This document shows positions 9,898 to 19,169 of a stretch of 64,000 nucleotides of DNA, in pieces. Numbering within the stretch: position 1 is the stretch's first letter; the number at the start of each line of letters is the position of its first letter. Origin of the DNA: Candidatus Latescibacterota bacterium (GTDB lineage Bacteria; Latescibacterota; CBDEFO01); the NCBI GenBank assembly GCA_965248755.1, contig OZ252149.1, forward strand, positions 2,528,001 through 2,592,000. Direction: 5' to 3'. A program made the position numbers and the translations under genes. Under the pieces are notes generated by a model. That model searched no databases. It saw only the letters and a list, made by a program, of their open reading frames with translations, and was not told the origin of the DNA.

Positions 9898-10743
9898 TTA
9901 CATTTGCCTTTCATACGGGTGGAAGAGCGTCTGTCCACCTACTCTAAAATCCTCTATTATCTTCTGCCCCTGTGGCGAGGTCATCCAGCCTATCAGCGCC
10001 ATAGAATAGACGTAGTTTACGTGGGGGTGAATACTCGGATTGATCGCTATTACTCCGTAAGGGTTGAACAACGCAGAGTCGCCTTGAAACAACACCACAA
10101 TATCAACTTTTCGCGAATACGCAAGGAGTGTTCCTCTATCAATCAGGACGTAGGCCCCCTTCTCATCTGCTATCTGAAGCGTAGCCGCCATGCCCTGACC
10201 CGTCTCTATGTACCATTTTTCCGTCCCCGACCCCGGATTGAATCTATTGGGGGTCAATCGGGGATCTACCCCAGCCTTTTCCCATATCTCCATCTCCTTT
10301 TTATGAGTCCCGGAGTCGTCTCCTCTGGAGGCAAAAAGGGAGTTCTTTGCAAATATCCTCTTCATCGCCGAGAGAACATCAGAGGTTTGAGCTATCCCGG
10401 CAGGGTCATCTCTTGGACCTGCTATCACAAAGTCGTTGTACATTACATCTCGTCTGTTGACCCCGAAGGCCTTTTCTACGAAGTCCTCCTCGGCTTTCCT
10501 TGCATGCACGAGCACGACATCAACATCTCCGTTCTCCCCCAACTTTAGCGCTTTCCCCGTCCCCACAGCTATTACATCCACCTTAACACCAAATAGTTTC
10601 TCAAAAGGAGGGAGTAGCTCTAAAAGGAGACCTGAATTTTCGGTACTCGTGGTCGTTGCAAGCTTTATTCTCTCTTGGGCATCCGCCGGAGACCACAAAA
10701 GGGCACAGATTAAAAGGAGGCTAATGGCTGCTATAACCCTCAT
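9898..10743 (-). CDS. tupA: Tungstate ABC transporter substrate-binding protein
   Basis: TTTS motif (LATTTSTENSGLL), SRGDDSGTHKKE, signal peptide. Confidence 0.9.
   Translation of the reverse strand: MRVIAAISLLLICALLWSPADAQERIKLATTTSTENSGLLLELLPPFEKLFGVKVDVIAVGTGKALKLGENGDVDVVLVHARKAEEDFVEKAFGVNRRDVMYNDFVIAGPRDDPAGIAQTSDVLSAMKRIFAKNSLFASRGDDSGTHKKEMEIWEKAGVDPRLTPNRFNPGSGTEKWYIETGQGMAATLQIADEKGAYVLIDRGTLLAYSRKVDIVVLFQGDSALFNPYGVIAINPSIHPHVNYVYSMALIGWMTSPQGQKIIEDFRVGGQTLFHPYERQM
10224..10264. repeat. Nested mini-palindrome inside tupA
   Basis: Minus strand TCCCCGA-TT-GACCCC-CAATAGATTCAATCC-GGGGTC-GGGGA; loop resembles the 7627 and 59536 copies. Confidence 0.8.
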
Positions 10744-11799
10744 CTATGCCCCTATCTCGAGCAGAGTCTTAACCGCCGTAGCTCCTCTCTCTTCAAATTT
10801 GTCGAGTCCCTCCGTTACTCCTTGAGCAAGTGGGAGCGTCCCTGTGATGATGGCATCAGGATCCATCCGTCCGTCCGCTATAAGCGAAAGGACTATCGGG
10901 AACTCGTCCCCATATCCCAGAGATGTCACAAGCGATTTTTCTCCGCTCATCAGATCGTTGAAATTGTACTCAAAGGGCTCGGTGAATATGCCTACAAGGC
11001 AGGCAATTCCCTGCTTCCTGATGATGTCCACGCACATCTTAGCGGTAGCTTCCACGCCGACGCATTCTATAGCCAAGTCCACACCTATTCCATCAGTGAG
11101 CTGGAAGACAGCCTCAACTGGATCCACTTTCCCCGGGTTTATCACCTCTGTTGCTCCCAAATCTCTTGCAAATTTCTCCTTGACCTCCGACTTTTCCAGA
11201 ACATAAATTTGAGACGCACCTGCCGCTTTGGCGCACTGCAGCGTGCAAAGACCTATCGTACCTCCTCCTACAATCGCTACCCTATCTCCCACACTTATCT
11301 CCGCTCGTTTGAGGGCGTGCATTCCCACAGAGAGCGGCTCGATCAGAGCACCCAACTGATACGACGCAGAGTCCGGCAACCTATGACATGACCACTCAGG
11401 GACTACCGTATATTCTGCAAATCCACCGTCCCTGTTGAAGCCTATGAAGGCGCCTTGTTGGCATACGGCGTACAGTCCCCTTTGGCAGTAGTAGCAATCC
11501 AGACACGGATCGCAGGCGTTGACGCAGACCCTATCGCCTACTGTAATCCTTTTTACAGTGCTCCCGATTTCCACAACCTCTCCAGAAAACTCGTGTCCTA
11601 AAACTATCGGAGCTCCCCTCCCGGTCCTCGGATGCGGCTCAGCAGAAAGGTATATGGGTCCGTAGGAGTACTCCGTAAAATCCGTGTGGCAAAGACCGGC
11701 GTACTTAACCTTGATCTTGATCTCATTTGGCCCGACTTCTGGCTCAGGAAAGTCCTCATACCTTAAGTCTTTCCTTGCGTGCCATACCAAAGCTTTCAT
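10744..11799 (-). CDS. Zn-dependent medium-chain dehydrogenase (2,3-butanediol/sorbitol dehydrogenase-like)
   Basis: GLCHTD, GHEFSG, structural Zn CxxCxxC..C, GGGTIG. Confidence 0.9.
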   Translation of the reverse strand: MKALVWHARKDLRYEDFPEPEVGPNEIKIKVKYAGLCHTDFTEYSYGPIYLSAEPHPRTGRGAPIVLGHEFSGEVVEIGSTVKRITVGDRVCVNACDPCLDCYYCQRGLYAVCQQGAFIGFNRDGGFAEYTVVPEWSCHRLPDSASYQLGALIEPLSVGMHALKRAEISVGDRVAIVGGGTIGLCTLQCAKAAGASQIYVLEKSEVKEKFARDLGATEVINPGKVDPVEAVFQLTDGIGVDLAIECVGVEATAKMCVDIIRKQGIACLVGIFTEPFEYNFNDLMSGEKSLVTSLGYGDEFPIVLSLIADGRMDPDAIITGTLPLAQGVTEGLDKFEERGATAVKTLLEIGA

Positions 11800-11896
11800 C
11801 AGTCTATCTCCTTATGGTTACCGATTTTGTACTCCTGCACCTTCTCCTATTATCCTTTCCTACGCTCTATTCATCTGAATTTACTGAGGAAAGTCC

Positions 11897-11925
11897 TTGA
11901 CATCGTTCTATTTACTATTTATTTT
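11897..11925 (+). promoter_or_regulatory. Sigma70-like promoter
   Basis: TTGACA-17 bp-TATTTT upstream of 12143; an opposite-strand TTGACA-17-TAAATT lies at 11996-12024. Confidence 0.5.
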
Positions 11926-12142
11926 GATTAGAAATATTGTCTTAGTCAGCCCTCATAACGCATATAATTTTGAATCCCCACAAGATATAGTACCGAATTT
12001 AGGGATTAAGCTCGAACTTGTCAACAAGAAAGTCAGAAGAAACTGTGCTGCCGATAGCAAGTGGCATTTAAGTTATTTGCGAAATTAAAGGGAATCTGTG
12101 TAGTCTATTCTAACACCGAAGGAGCAAAAAAGGAGCAACACA

Positions 12143-13000
12143 ATGTTCAAGAACTTAAGTCCTGATGCGATAGGAATTCAATGCAGTTTAGTTGAGGCTG
12201 TCGAAATTGCCAAAACTGCAGGATTTGAAGGTATAGACATCTCAATAGAGGAGGTAGCAGATCTTGCTGATGAAAAGTCGATTGACTACGTATTAGAGGT
12301 ATTTAAAACAGCGGGGATCAGGATGGGGGGATGGATGCTGCCTGCAACCTGGCTCGGTGATGAGTCTTCCCACAACGAAGGACTGCAGAAGCTCCCTCGC
12401 TTGGCTCGCGTCGCTCAGTCTATAGGATGCTTGAGAATAATCGCCTGGGTTTGGCCATTGTCGGATGAAAGGCCTTATAAAGAGAACTTTGACTGGCAGG
12501 TTGCACGCTTCAGGCCTATTGCCGAAATCCTGAAAGAATACGACTGCCGTCTCAGTTTAGAATTCATCGGCCCTGCGACGTTGAGGAAGGACCACAAAAA
12601 AGACCACAAATATGAATTTATCTATACGATAGACGGCGCGCTCGAACTGTGTGTGGCCATCGGGACGGGAAATGTGGGTCTCCTTCTGGACTGCTACCAT
12701 TGGTACACATCCCATGGCACACTGGACGATCTGGAGAAGCTGACATCAGATCAGGTAGTTTACGTCCACATCAACGATGCGCCCTCTGGGATTAAGGTGG
12801 ACGAGCAGATGGACAGGGTCAGGTGTCTGCCCGGGGAGACAGGCGTAATAGACATTTCCAGCTTCATGAGGAGCCTGCGCAAGATGGGTTACGACGGCCC
12901 TGTGACGGTTGAACCGTTCAACGAGACAGTAACAAAGATGGACCCTCTGGATGCGGCAAGGGAGACGTACAAGGCCCTGTCTGGAGTCTGGGGATCGTAA
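12143..13000 (+). CDS. Sugar phosphate isomerase/epimerase (xylose-isomerase-like TIM barrel)
   Basis: LEFIG, DCYH, VHIND, PGETGVID, GYDGPVTVE. Confidence 0.9.
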   Translation: MFKNLSPDAIGIQCSLVEAVEIAKTAGFEGIDISIEEVADLADEKSIDYVLEVFKTAGIRMGGWMLPATWLGDESSHNEGLQKLPRLARVAQSIGCLRIIAWVWPLSDERPYKENFDWQVARFRPIAEILKEYDCRLSLEFIGPATLRKDHKKDHKYEFIYTIDGALELCVAIGTGNVGLLLDCYHWYTSHGTLDDLEKLTSDQVVYVHINDAPSGIKVDEQMDRVRCLPGETGVIDISSFMRSLRKMGYDGPVTVEPFNETVTKMDPLDAARETYKALSGVWGS

Positions 13001-13005
13001 ACAGC

Positions 13006-13228
13006 CTATGCAAACTGTCTGAGATATTCTATTGCCATGATGAAACCCTCTTCTCTGTCCAGTGCGCTGTCTTCGTGCTCTATGCTCAAAACGTTGTTCT
13101 AATCGTTTCGTGTGAGCGTAACAATCCCCGTATTACGACTTCCCGGAGTCGGGTAATAGGTAGCTCCACCAGCCTCCTGCAGGGCTTCTATTCCGAAAGA
13201 CGACGTTGACAGTCCTATTTCCTTTATA
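13006..13228 (-). pseudogene. Decayed sugar phosphate isomerase/epimerase relic
   Basis: Fragments KEIGLSTSSF, WWSYLLP and (*)NNVLSIEHEDSALDREEGF..YLRQFA, with stops, shifts and a large deletion. Confidence 0.65.
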
Positions 13229-13306
13229 GTCTCCTTTCAAAACAAAAATAGCCCCATCAATGTTCAGCAGGGGCCACAAAAATTACCGTTTAATCTCGAC
13301 AATCGG

Positions 13307-13834
13307 TCAGACCGTCTCTTGCAATTTTTTCTTTTGCTGTATTTTCTCCAACTGTTCGGCTGACTGATGCAGCCTCAGTGTCAAGAAACATCCGAGCTTA
13401 AGGGCAATCTTCACTCCCAAGCGGGGATTGCGATCCATAAGACCTAAAAAATCAGGTCTGAAGAAGCCTATCATCTCGCAGTCCTCACAAGCCACAGCAG
13501 AGGCAGAGCGCGGCAGTTCATTCAAAAGGGAGAATTCACCTGTGAAGGCGCCCTCCTCCAGATGGGCAATCTTGAATGATCCTCCTGCATCTAACTCCTT
13601 GAGAATATCGATACTGCCTTTTCTGATGATGTACATCCCCAATCCGGGATTCCCCTCTCTGAATATCTTCTCCCCCTTTGAGAACTTCCGTTTGTGGACT
13701 ATCCTTTCTATATTCGTCAGTTCGCCTTTAGAGAGTCCTTCGAATATAGGAACTTCAGCAAGGACATCGCAAAGATCGTCCTGAGAATCCTTCTTATCCT
13801 TAAAGATATTTCCCCACAGGGCGTCAACGGACAT
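13307..13834 (-). CDS. Cyclic nucleotide-binding domain protein
   Basis: IFREGNPG..MYIIRKG, GEFSLL..PRSASAVA; no HTH. Confidence 0.9.
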   Translation of the reverse strand: MSVDALWGNIFKDKKDSQDDLCDVLAEVPIFEGLSKGELTNIERIVHKRKFSKGEKIFREGNPGLGMYIIRKGSIDILKELDAGGSFKIAHLEEGAFTGEFSLLNELPRSASAVACEDCEMIGFFRPDFLGLMDRNPRLGVKIALKLGCFLTLRLHQSAEQLEKIQQKKKLQETV

Positions 13835-13907
13835 TGTAGTCGTAGAATATAGTTTATGACGTTAAGGACAATTAATAGGCATTTTACGAGAGGTGCAAAG
13901 GACCTCT

Positions 13908-14249
13908 TTATCGTTTCTGCTTTTTGGTGCTTTTCTCTTCTAGCTTCGTTATCTTATCCCTGATCTCGGAGGCCTGCTCGTAGGCCTCCTCTTCCACCAG
14001 ACGCCTAAGTTGAGCGTTTAGTCGTTCCAACTCGATCTCATTTCCGACTTGGTTGCACTCATCTACCTCGCCGGATAGGGTAACGATATTATCAGGGTTT
14101 CCTTTTGTCACAGCTACAGGCCTTCCGAGCTTGCTTCTGTTGCGTCTCCTCATCTTTATGAACTTCGCGTAGCCGCTGAGAGTGGAGATAACCAGAGCGC
14201 CAGTCAATACGACCAGCCAGATGATCACCCATATAGGTATATCAGGCAT
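13908..14249 (-). CDS. Membrane-anchored UVR (UvrB/C motif) domain protein
   Basis: N-terminal TM helix; L..LVEEEAYEQASEIRDKI. Confidence 0.7.
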   Translation of the reverse strand: MPDIPIWVIIWLVVLTGALVISTLSGYAKFIKMRRRNRSKLGRPVAVTKGNPDNIVTLSGEVDECNQVGNEIELERLNAQLRRLVEEEAYEQASEIRDKITKLEEKSTKKQKR

Positions 14250-14330
14250 GTCGTCTTCCTTTGCAGCAAAGATAGCACCTGAAGGATCAAAAAGGACTAT
14301 CCGGTCTAACAGAATATTTCCATCAGTGCT

Positions 14331-14420
14331 AATATACCGAAAGTGTATGTAATAGTCAAGAGGAAAATCCTGTTATGTTCATAGAATTATCTTGATCAGA
14401 TGTACATTCTTCATTATCTT
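14331..14420. promoter_or_regulatory. Divergent sigma70-like promoters
   Basis: Minus strand TTGACT-17-TATATT; plus strand TTGATC-17-TATCTT. Confidence 0.45.
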
Positions 14421-14508
14421 ATTTATGTCCGAATAATGTCAAGAGTACTAGCCGCACTTAACACGCACCTATCACAAGCGAAGTTGACATACAAAAAGGA
14501 GACAGATA

Positions 14509-15447
14509 ATGGACATAACCGAAGTGAAGCAGACCCTCTGTGGACCTATGATACCTGTAATCTCGGTCTTAAAACCGGATCTGAGTCTGGATATCGAGGG
14601 AACCCAGTTCAACGTTCGCGACGTAGTAGAAAGGGGATTTATAAGGGGCAAAGGCGTCCTTTTAGCGGTCGGTGCCGGCGGAGACTTTCCTATGATGACC
14701 GTTCAGGAGAGAAAAGATGTAACAAGGGCTATAGTTGATGCCGCAGATGGGGTAGTTCCTGTCCTTGCAGGGGCGCAGGATACAGACCCTAAAGTCTGCA
14801 TAGAGATCGCCCAGTTTGCAGAGGAAGTGGGAGCTTACGGGATTCAGTTGTCCGCACCATACTACTACCAGCCTTCGGACGATGACGTTATAAAGCACGT
14901 TACGTCTATCCACGATGCGACAGAAAGAATTGCCATTATGATCTATAACACCTGGTGGCACGGATATAACATACCCCTGGACGTATTAGACAAGCTTTCC
15001 CAATTAGATCGCGTCGTATCTTTGAAATGGTCTACTCCCGACGGGGCGAAGTCCTACACTAATGGTATATCCAGATTCTCTGACAGATTGGCCATCGTGG
15101 ATAATCAGGGACTTCAGGTGTTGAGTTACATGCTCGGCGGCACAGGTTACATCACGCACCTGGCGACGGTGTGGCCGGAACACGACCTGTCCCTCCACGA
15201 GCAGATGAAAAACAGGGACTATATGTCCGCATTGGAGGGCTTTAAAGATGCGAACTGGCCCTGGGGAGATTTCAGGGGCAAGATGGCGCAAAGGACAGGT
15301 GGAGAGGCGAACGTCGTCAAGGCAGCGTTGGAGCTATGCGGACGACCGGCCGGACCCTCAAGACCTCCCACGAGAGCGTTGAATAGTGACGAACGCGAAG
15401 AACTCAGGCAACTTTTGATCAAAATCGGCGTTCCGAATGTAAAGTAA
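14509..15447 (+). CDS. Dihydrodipicolinate synthase family aldolase
   Basis: PYYY, IMIYN, Schiff-base Lys in SLKWS. Confidence 0.85.
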   Translation: MDITEVKQTLCGPMIPVISVLKPDLSLDIEGTQFNVRDVVERGFIRGKGVLLAVGAGGDFPMMTVQERKDVTRAIVDAADGVVPVLAGAQDTDPKVCIEIAQFAEEVGAYGIQLSAPYYYQPSDDDVIKHVTSIHDATERIAIMIYNTWWHGYNIPLDVLDKLSQLDRVVSLKWSTPDGAKSYTNGISRFSDRLAIVDNQGLQVLSYMLGGTGYITHLATVWPEHDLSLHEQMKNRDYMSALEGFKDANWPWGDFRGKMAQRTGGEANVVKAALELCGRPAGPSRPPTRALNSDEREELRQLLIKIGVPNVK

Positions 15448-15497
15448 GATCGGGACTATAGTTGATCTCGATCTGTGAAATATAGAGGAGAAATCAA

Positions 15498-16181
15498 ATG
15501 GCTGCTGATCTGACGTCCGAGCAACTGACTGCATTGAGGAGCTTCGACAGCCCTACTATTGCCAACGCTATTGAAACCTTTGAAGTCAGGGGACTGATAG
15601 AGGGATTTATGGGCTTAGACATAAAGTGCCTCTTTCCCGATATGGGAGTGATGTTGGGATACGCCGTGACGGCGACAGCCGACAGCATGACGCCCGGAAG
15701 GCCCAAAGACAGAAGACCCGTCTTGGAGCTGTGGAGAACGCTTGAGGCGTCGCCCAATCCTACGGTCTTAGTCTTCCAGGACGTGGGACCAAGGCCCCTC
15801 CAAAGCTGTCACTTCGGAGATAATATGGCGCATATCGCAATGAGATTAGGCGCTCTGGGACTGATCACCAACGGAGGGGTCAGGGATTTGGAGGAGGTAG
15901 AAGCTATAGGATTTCAATATTGTGCTGCGGGGACTGTCGTCTCTCACGGAAATCACGGGATCGTAGACGTCAATGTGCCTGTAGAGTTAAGCGGCGTCAG
16001 GATAGAGCCGGGAGATCTCATACACGCCGATAGGAACGGCGTGGTCGTCATCCCTGCACAGATAGCCGATAAGGTGGCCAAGGAGGCTATGCAGGTGAGA
16101 GAAAGAGAGAGCAAGATAGTGGAGTTTGTGGACGGCCCAGACTTTTCGCTGGATGGATTAGCCAAGATGTATGGTCTATAA
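15498..16181 (+). CDS. RraA/HMG aldolase family protein
   Basis: GYAVTA, FGDNMA, TNGGVRD, PGDLIHADRNGVVVIP. Confidence 0.85.
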   Translation: MAADLTSEQLTALRSFDSPTIANAIETFEVRGLIEGFMGLDIKCLFPDMGVMLGYAVTATADSMTPGRPKDRRPVLELWRTLEASPNPTVLVFQDVGPRPLQSCHFGDNMAHIAMRLGALGLITNGGVRDLEEVEAIGFQYCAAGTVVSHGNHGIVDVNVPVELSGVRIEPGDLIHADRNGVVVIPAQIADKVAKEAMQVRERESKIVEFVDGPDFSLDGLAKMYGL

Positions 16182-16323
16182 CGTTGATTAATAGTAATGA
16201 TCTATCTTCATTAGGCGGGCAAGGAGTCCTTGAGTCATCATAGCCTCCGATCCATTGCAATAGTTGCGGAGTACTTTTTCAACAAATTCAGTTCGGATAA
16301 TTTACCACGTAGGAAGGATAGTT

Positions 16324-16725
16324 ATGTATAAGTGGAATCTTGTCCTGACTTTGATTACGACACTTTCGTTATTTAGATGTGCAACGACAAACAAAATGCG
16401 TACCGCCCCACTTTCCGCTGGTGTTCCACGAATATTCACTGCCGAATATAATCGAGTTTTAAAAGTAGCTCAAGAAGCTGTTGTTGAAGCTGGGTTGATG
16501 ATTGAAGATGTTAATCAAGTTAATGATAAAACTTGGATGATAATAGGCAAGAAAGGTGCTTCAGGTTGGAGTGTAGGGGAGCTTGTCCGTGTTGTAGTTG
16601 AAGAGATGAATGATGCCAAAACAATCGTACGAGTGTATACAAAAAGAAGGCTTGCTACAAATATTACGGCCAAAGGGGATTACTCTCAATCTATTCTATC
16701 AAATATAGATTTGAAGCTGCAGTAG
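16324..16725 (+). CDS. Hypothetical lipoprotein (low GC)
   Basis: Hydrophobic leader ending in Cys; AT-rich. Confidence 0.6.
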   Translation: MYKWNLVLTLITTLSLFRCATTNKMRTAPLSAGVPRIFTAEYNRVLKVAQEAVVEAGLMIEDVNQVNDKTWMIIGKKGASGWSVGELVRVVVEEMNDAKTIVRVYTKRRLATNITAKGDYSQSILSNIDLKLQ

Positions 16726-16798
16726 AACAATGCCATCGCCTAACATACATTAGAGGCTAAAACTCAAGACAAGAAAGTATCCCTACAAGGAATGCTAT

Positions 16799-17491
16799 TT
16801 GGATTATTGGATAATAAATGCTCTTGAAAAGGGCAATCAATATTTTGAAGAGATTCATCCTTATGTTTGGCTTATGGATGATCATAAATGGGCTTATTAT
16901 GTATGGGAAAAATATCGTTGTAAATCTGTTCATAACCCACCATTTACGCTTGTCCACTTGGATCGTCATTGGGATGGAGTAGACGATTTTACAAATAATC
17001 CTTCAGAGAAAGAAAAGCTTATCAAAATAGATACTCTTAAACCGATATACCAATTATTAGCGTCGGGTTCGAATCTTATTCGAAAAGACTCCTTTATTGC
17101 TCCGGCAATTATGAGAGACTTAGTAAATGAAATACACTTTTATTGCACACAGACTGACACAGAAATTGGAATAGACGAACCATTACTTCGAGAGTTCGAA
17201 GCAAGACAATTTATTCATGTGGATATTAAATCTCTTATTGAAAGAGTTTCTGGCCAGCGAATATTTTTCGACATTGATTTGGATCTATTCAATAAATCTG
17301 ATATGTTTCTTGAAGGTGATCTTTGGGAGGAAAATGAAATAGTAGATTTTATAGATCAATGTTCACCTATTTTGAAAAATTCCTCTACTATAACTATTTC
17401 AATGTCATTTGGTTACTCTGGAACGCAACAAGATATGTATTATCTTACTAAGCTTGTCGTTCCAAGGTTACTTCATTATTTTGAAATATAA
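16799..17491 (+). CDS. UPF0489-like protein (arginase/deacetylase-like fold; low GC)
   Basis: MDDHKWA, VHLDRHWD, FDIDLD. Confidence 0.65.
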   Translation: MDYWIINALEKGNQYFEEIHPYVWLMDDHKWAYYVWEKYRCKSVHNPPFTLVHLDRHWDGVDDFTNNPSEKEKLIKIDTLKPIYQLLASGSNLIRKDSFIAPAIMRDLVNEIHFYCTQTDTEIGIDEPLLREFEARQFIHVDIKSLIERVSGQRIFFDIDLDLFNKSDMFLEGDLWEENEIVDFIDQCSPILKNSSTITISMSFGYSGTQQDMYYLTKLVVPRLLHYFEI

Positions 17492-17529
17492 CGTAAAAGT
17501 ATACACCTAAACAAGGAGTTCTGTATTCC

Positions 17530-18780
17530 ATGAAGATCACCGACATTGAAGTTCATACGATCTGTCCACCCTTTTGTGAGTGGAACAGCGAAGCCTTAAC
17601 GCGCTATCAGGGCCCTGACTTCAGGTACCGTACTATCTATATATTGCACACCGACAACGGTCTGGAGGGTTTAGGGGAGCAGTCCGGCAAACCTTGGCCG
17701 CAGTCTGCGGAGTTTATTGACCAGCTCCGGGGAAGTGATCCTTTTGACTGGTTGCATCACCCATCTTTGAATATCGGTCTGGCTCCAGCCATCTATGACT
17801 TGATCGGCAAGCACAACGGCGTCCCTGCATACAAACTCTTTGGGCCTAAGGTGCGGTCGTGGGTGCCTATGGGCTTTTGGACAGTCTCCCAGACTCCCTC
17901 CAAGATGGCTGAGGAGGTGGAGCACGCCGCCAGAGAGGGCTACACCTGGCTCAAGTACCACACCAGCCACTTCCATAATGCAATCGAGCAGACGAAGGCT
18001 ATGCAGGAGGTCGCTCCGCCGGGCTTCAAGATCCACTACGATCTAAACTTTGATAACACGGTGGACCACGTCTTGCAGCTTGCTTATGAACTTGCAAAGT
18101 ACCCCATCGCTGGCGCAATCGAGGACCCTCTTCGCACCCACCACTCTGAGGGATACCGCCTCTTAAGGGAGAAGAGCCTCCTGCCGATCTACTTTCATCA
18201 AGTTCCAATAGGCGTCCGAGAAGCGATATTGGGATTGGTCGACGGCTTTATGTTAGGACACTCTCCTATCGGACCGGTCATCAGCAGGGCAGGTCTTTTT
18301 GAGGCTGCCAATGTCCCCTTTATGACACAGAACATAGGGGGTAACATTATGCGCGCAACAGTCGCTCACATGGGCGCGGCCTTCCCTATGGCGACGCTCC
18401 ACCATGTCAACCTCTGCCACCTCTGGTCAGAGGACGTAGTGACACCAACTTTTAAGGTCTCCGGCGGGGCAGTTCAAGTCCCTGAATCTCCCGGACTCGG
18501 TGTGACATTGGATCGGGAGGCGTTGGAACGTTGGGAGGCGGCAGAGCCAGATCCTTTGCCAAGAGCGCTGATCCGCATCCAGTACGCCTCCTTCCCCACG
18601 ATCTACGCAAGGCTCCCTGTCACAGATATGAGAGATCATGCAGGGACAGGTCCCAGCCATCTTCCCGGATATGGTCCTGGCTACAATAGACCAGTCGATT
18701 TGGAATACTGGGACGATGACGGTTCTCCGGAATTTGCCAAACTTTGGGAGCGCACCGCCTCTGGACCCGTAACTGAATAA
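17530..18780 (+). CDS. Mandelate racemase/muconate lactonizing enzyme family, copy 1
   Basis: MKITDIE, YDLIGK..GVPAYKLFG, EDP, PESPGLGV. Confidence 0.85.
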   Translation: MKITDIEVHTICPPFCEWNSEALTRYQGPDFRYRTIYILHTDNGLEGLGEQSGKPWPQSAEFIDQLRGSDPFDWLHHPSLNIGLAPAIYDLIGKHNGVPAYKLFGPKVRSWVPMGFWTVSQTPSKMAEEVEHAAREGYTWLKYHTSHFHNAIEQTKAMQEVAPPGFKIHYDLNFDNTVDHVLQLAYELAKYPIAGAIEDPLRTHHSEGYRLLREKSLLPIYFHQVPIGVREAILGLVDGFMLGHSPIGPVISRAGLFEAANVPFMTQNIGGNIMRATVAHMGAAFPMATLHHVNLCHLWSEDVVTPTFKVSGGAVQVPESPGLGVTLDREALERWEAAEPDPLPRALIRIQYASFPTIYARLPVTDMRDHAGTGPSHLPGYGPGYNRPVDLEYWDDDGSPEFAKLWERTASGPVTE

Positions 18781-18868
18781 ATTAAGTAGACAGCAAACAG
18801 CGTACAGTAGGCAAGGAGAAGAGGATGCCCTCAAGGAGAAGAGGATGCCCTGCTACTACTATATTACT

Positions 18869-19146
18869 ATAGAAGTGATTGAAACTTTTTAATGTTTGCA
18901 TAAGTATATGTAATCCAATAACGTAAATTGTTTAAAGGAGGGATTGCTAAAAGTCATCTTCAAGAATGGTTATACAGTTGAGGCTCGATTGGGAAGCCTG
19001 CGAAGCCTGAAAAAATAGCGTTCCAGATTCTTTCTTCAAGAGCATTTACAAGCTTGACTTACCGAAATCAAAACTTGCGAAAGTTACTTTAAGTTCACAA
19101 TTTGCAAATTGTTAAATTAATTTCAAAAAGTTTCAACGAGTTCTAT
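18869..19146. mobile_element. Putative MITE (278 bp, non-coding)
   Basis: Imperfect 22-bp terminal inverted repeats ATAGAAGTGATTGAAACTTTTT / AAAAAGTTTCAACGAGTTCTAT; AT-rich interior. Confidence 0.65.
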
Positions 19147-19169
19147 GTAAGTAAGGAGTGCATTATTCC

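Noticed and set aside
11800..12140. Moco/Wco riboswitch upstream of the ADH-tup operon
   Set aside because: No recognisable conserved structure by eye; an Rfam scan would be needed.
12588..12612. 12-bp tandem duplication (DHKK-DHKY)
   Set aside because: Ordinary slippage duplication, not palindromic.
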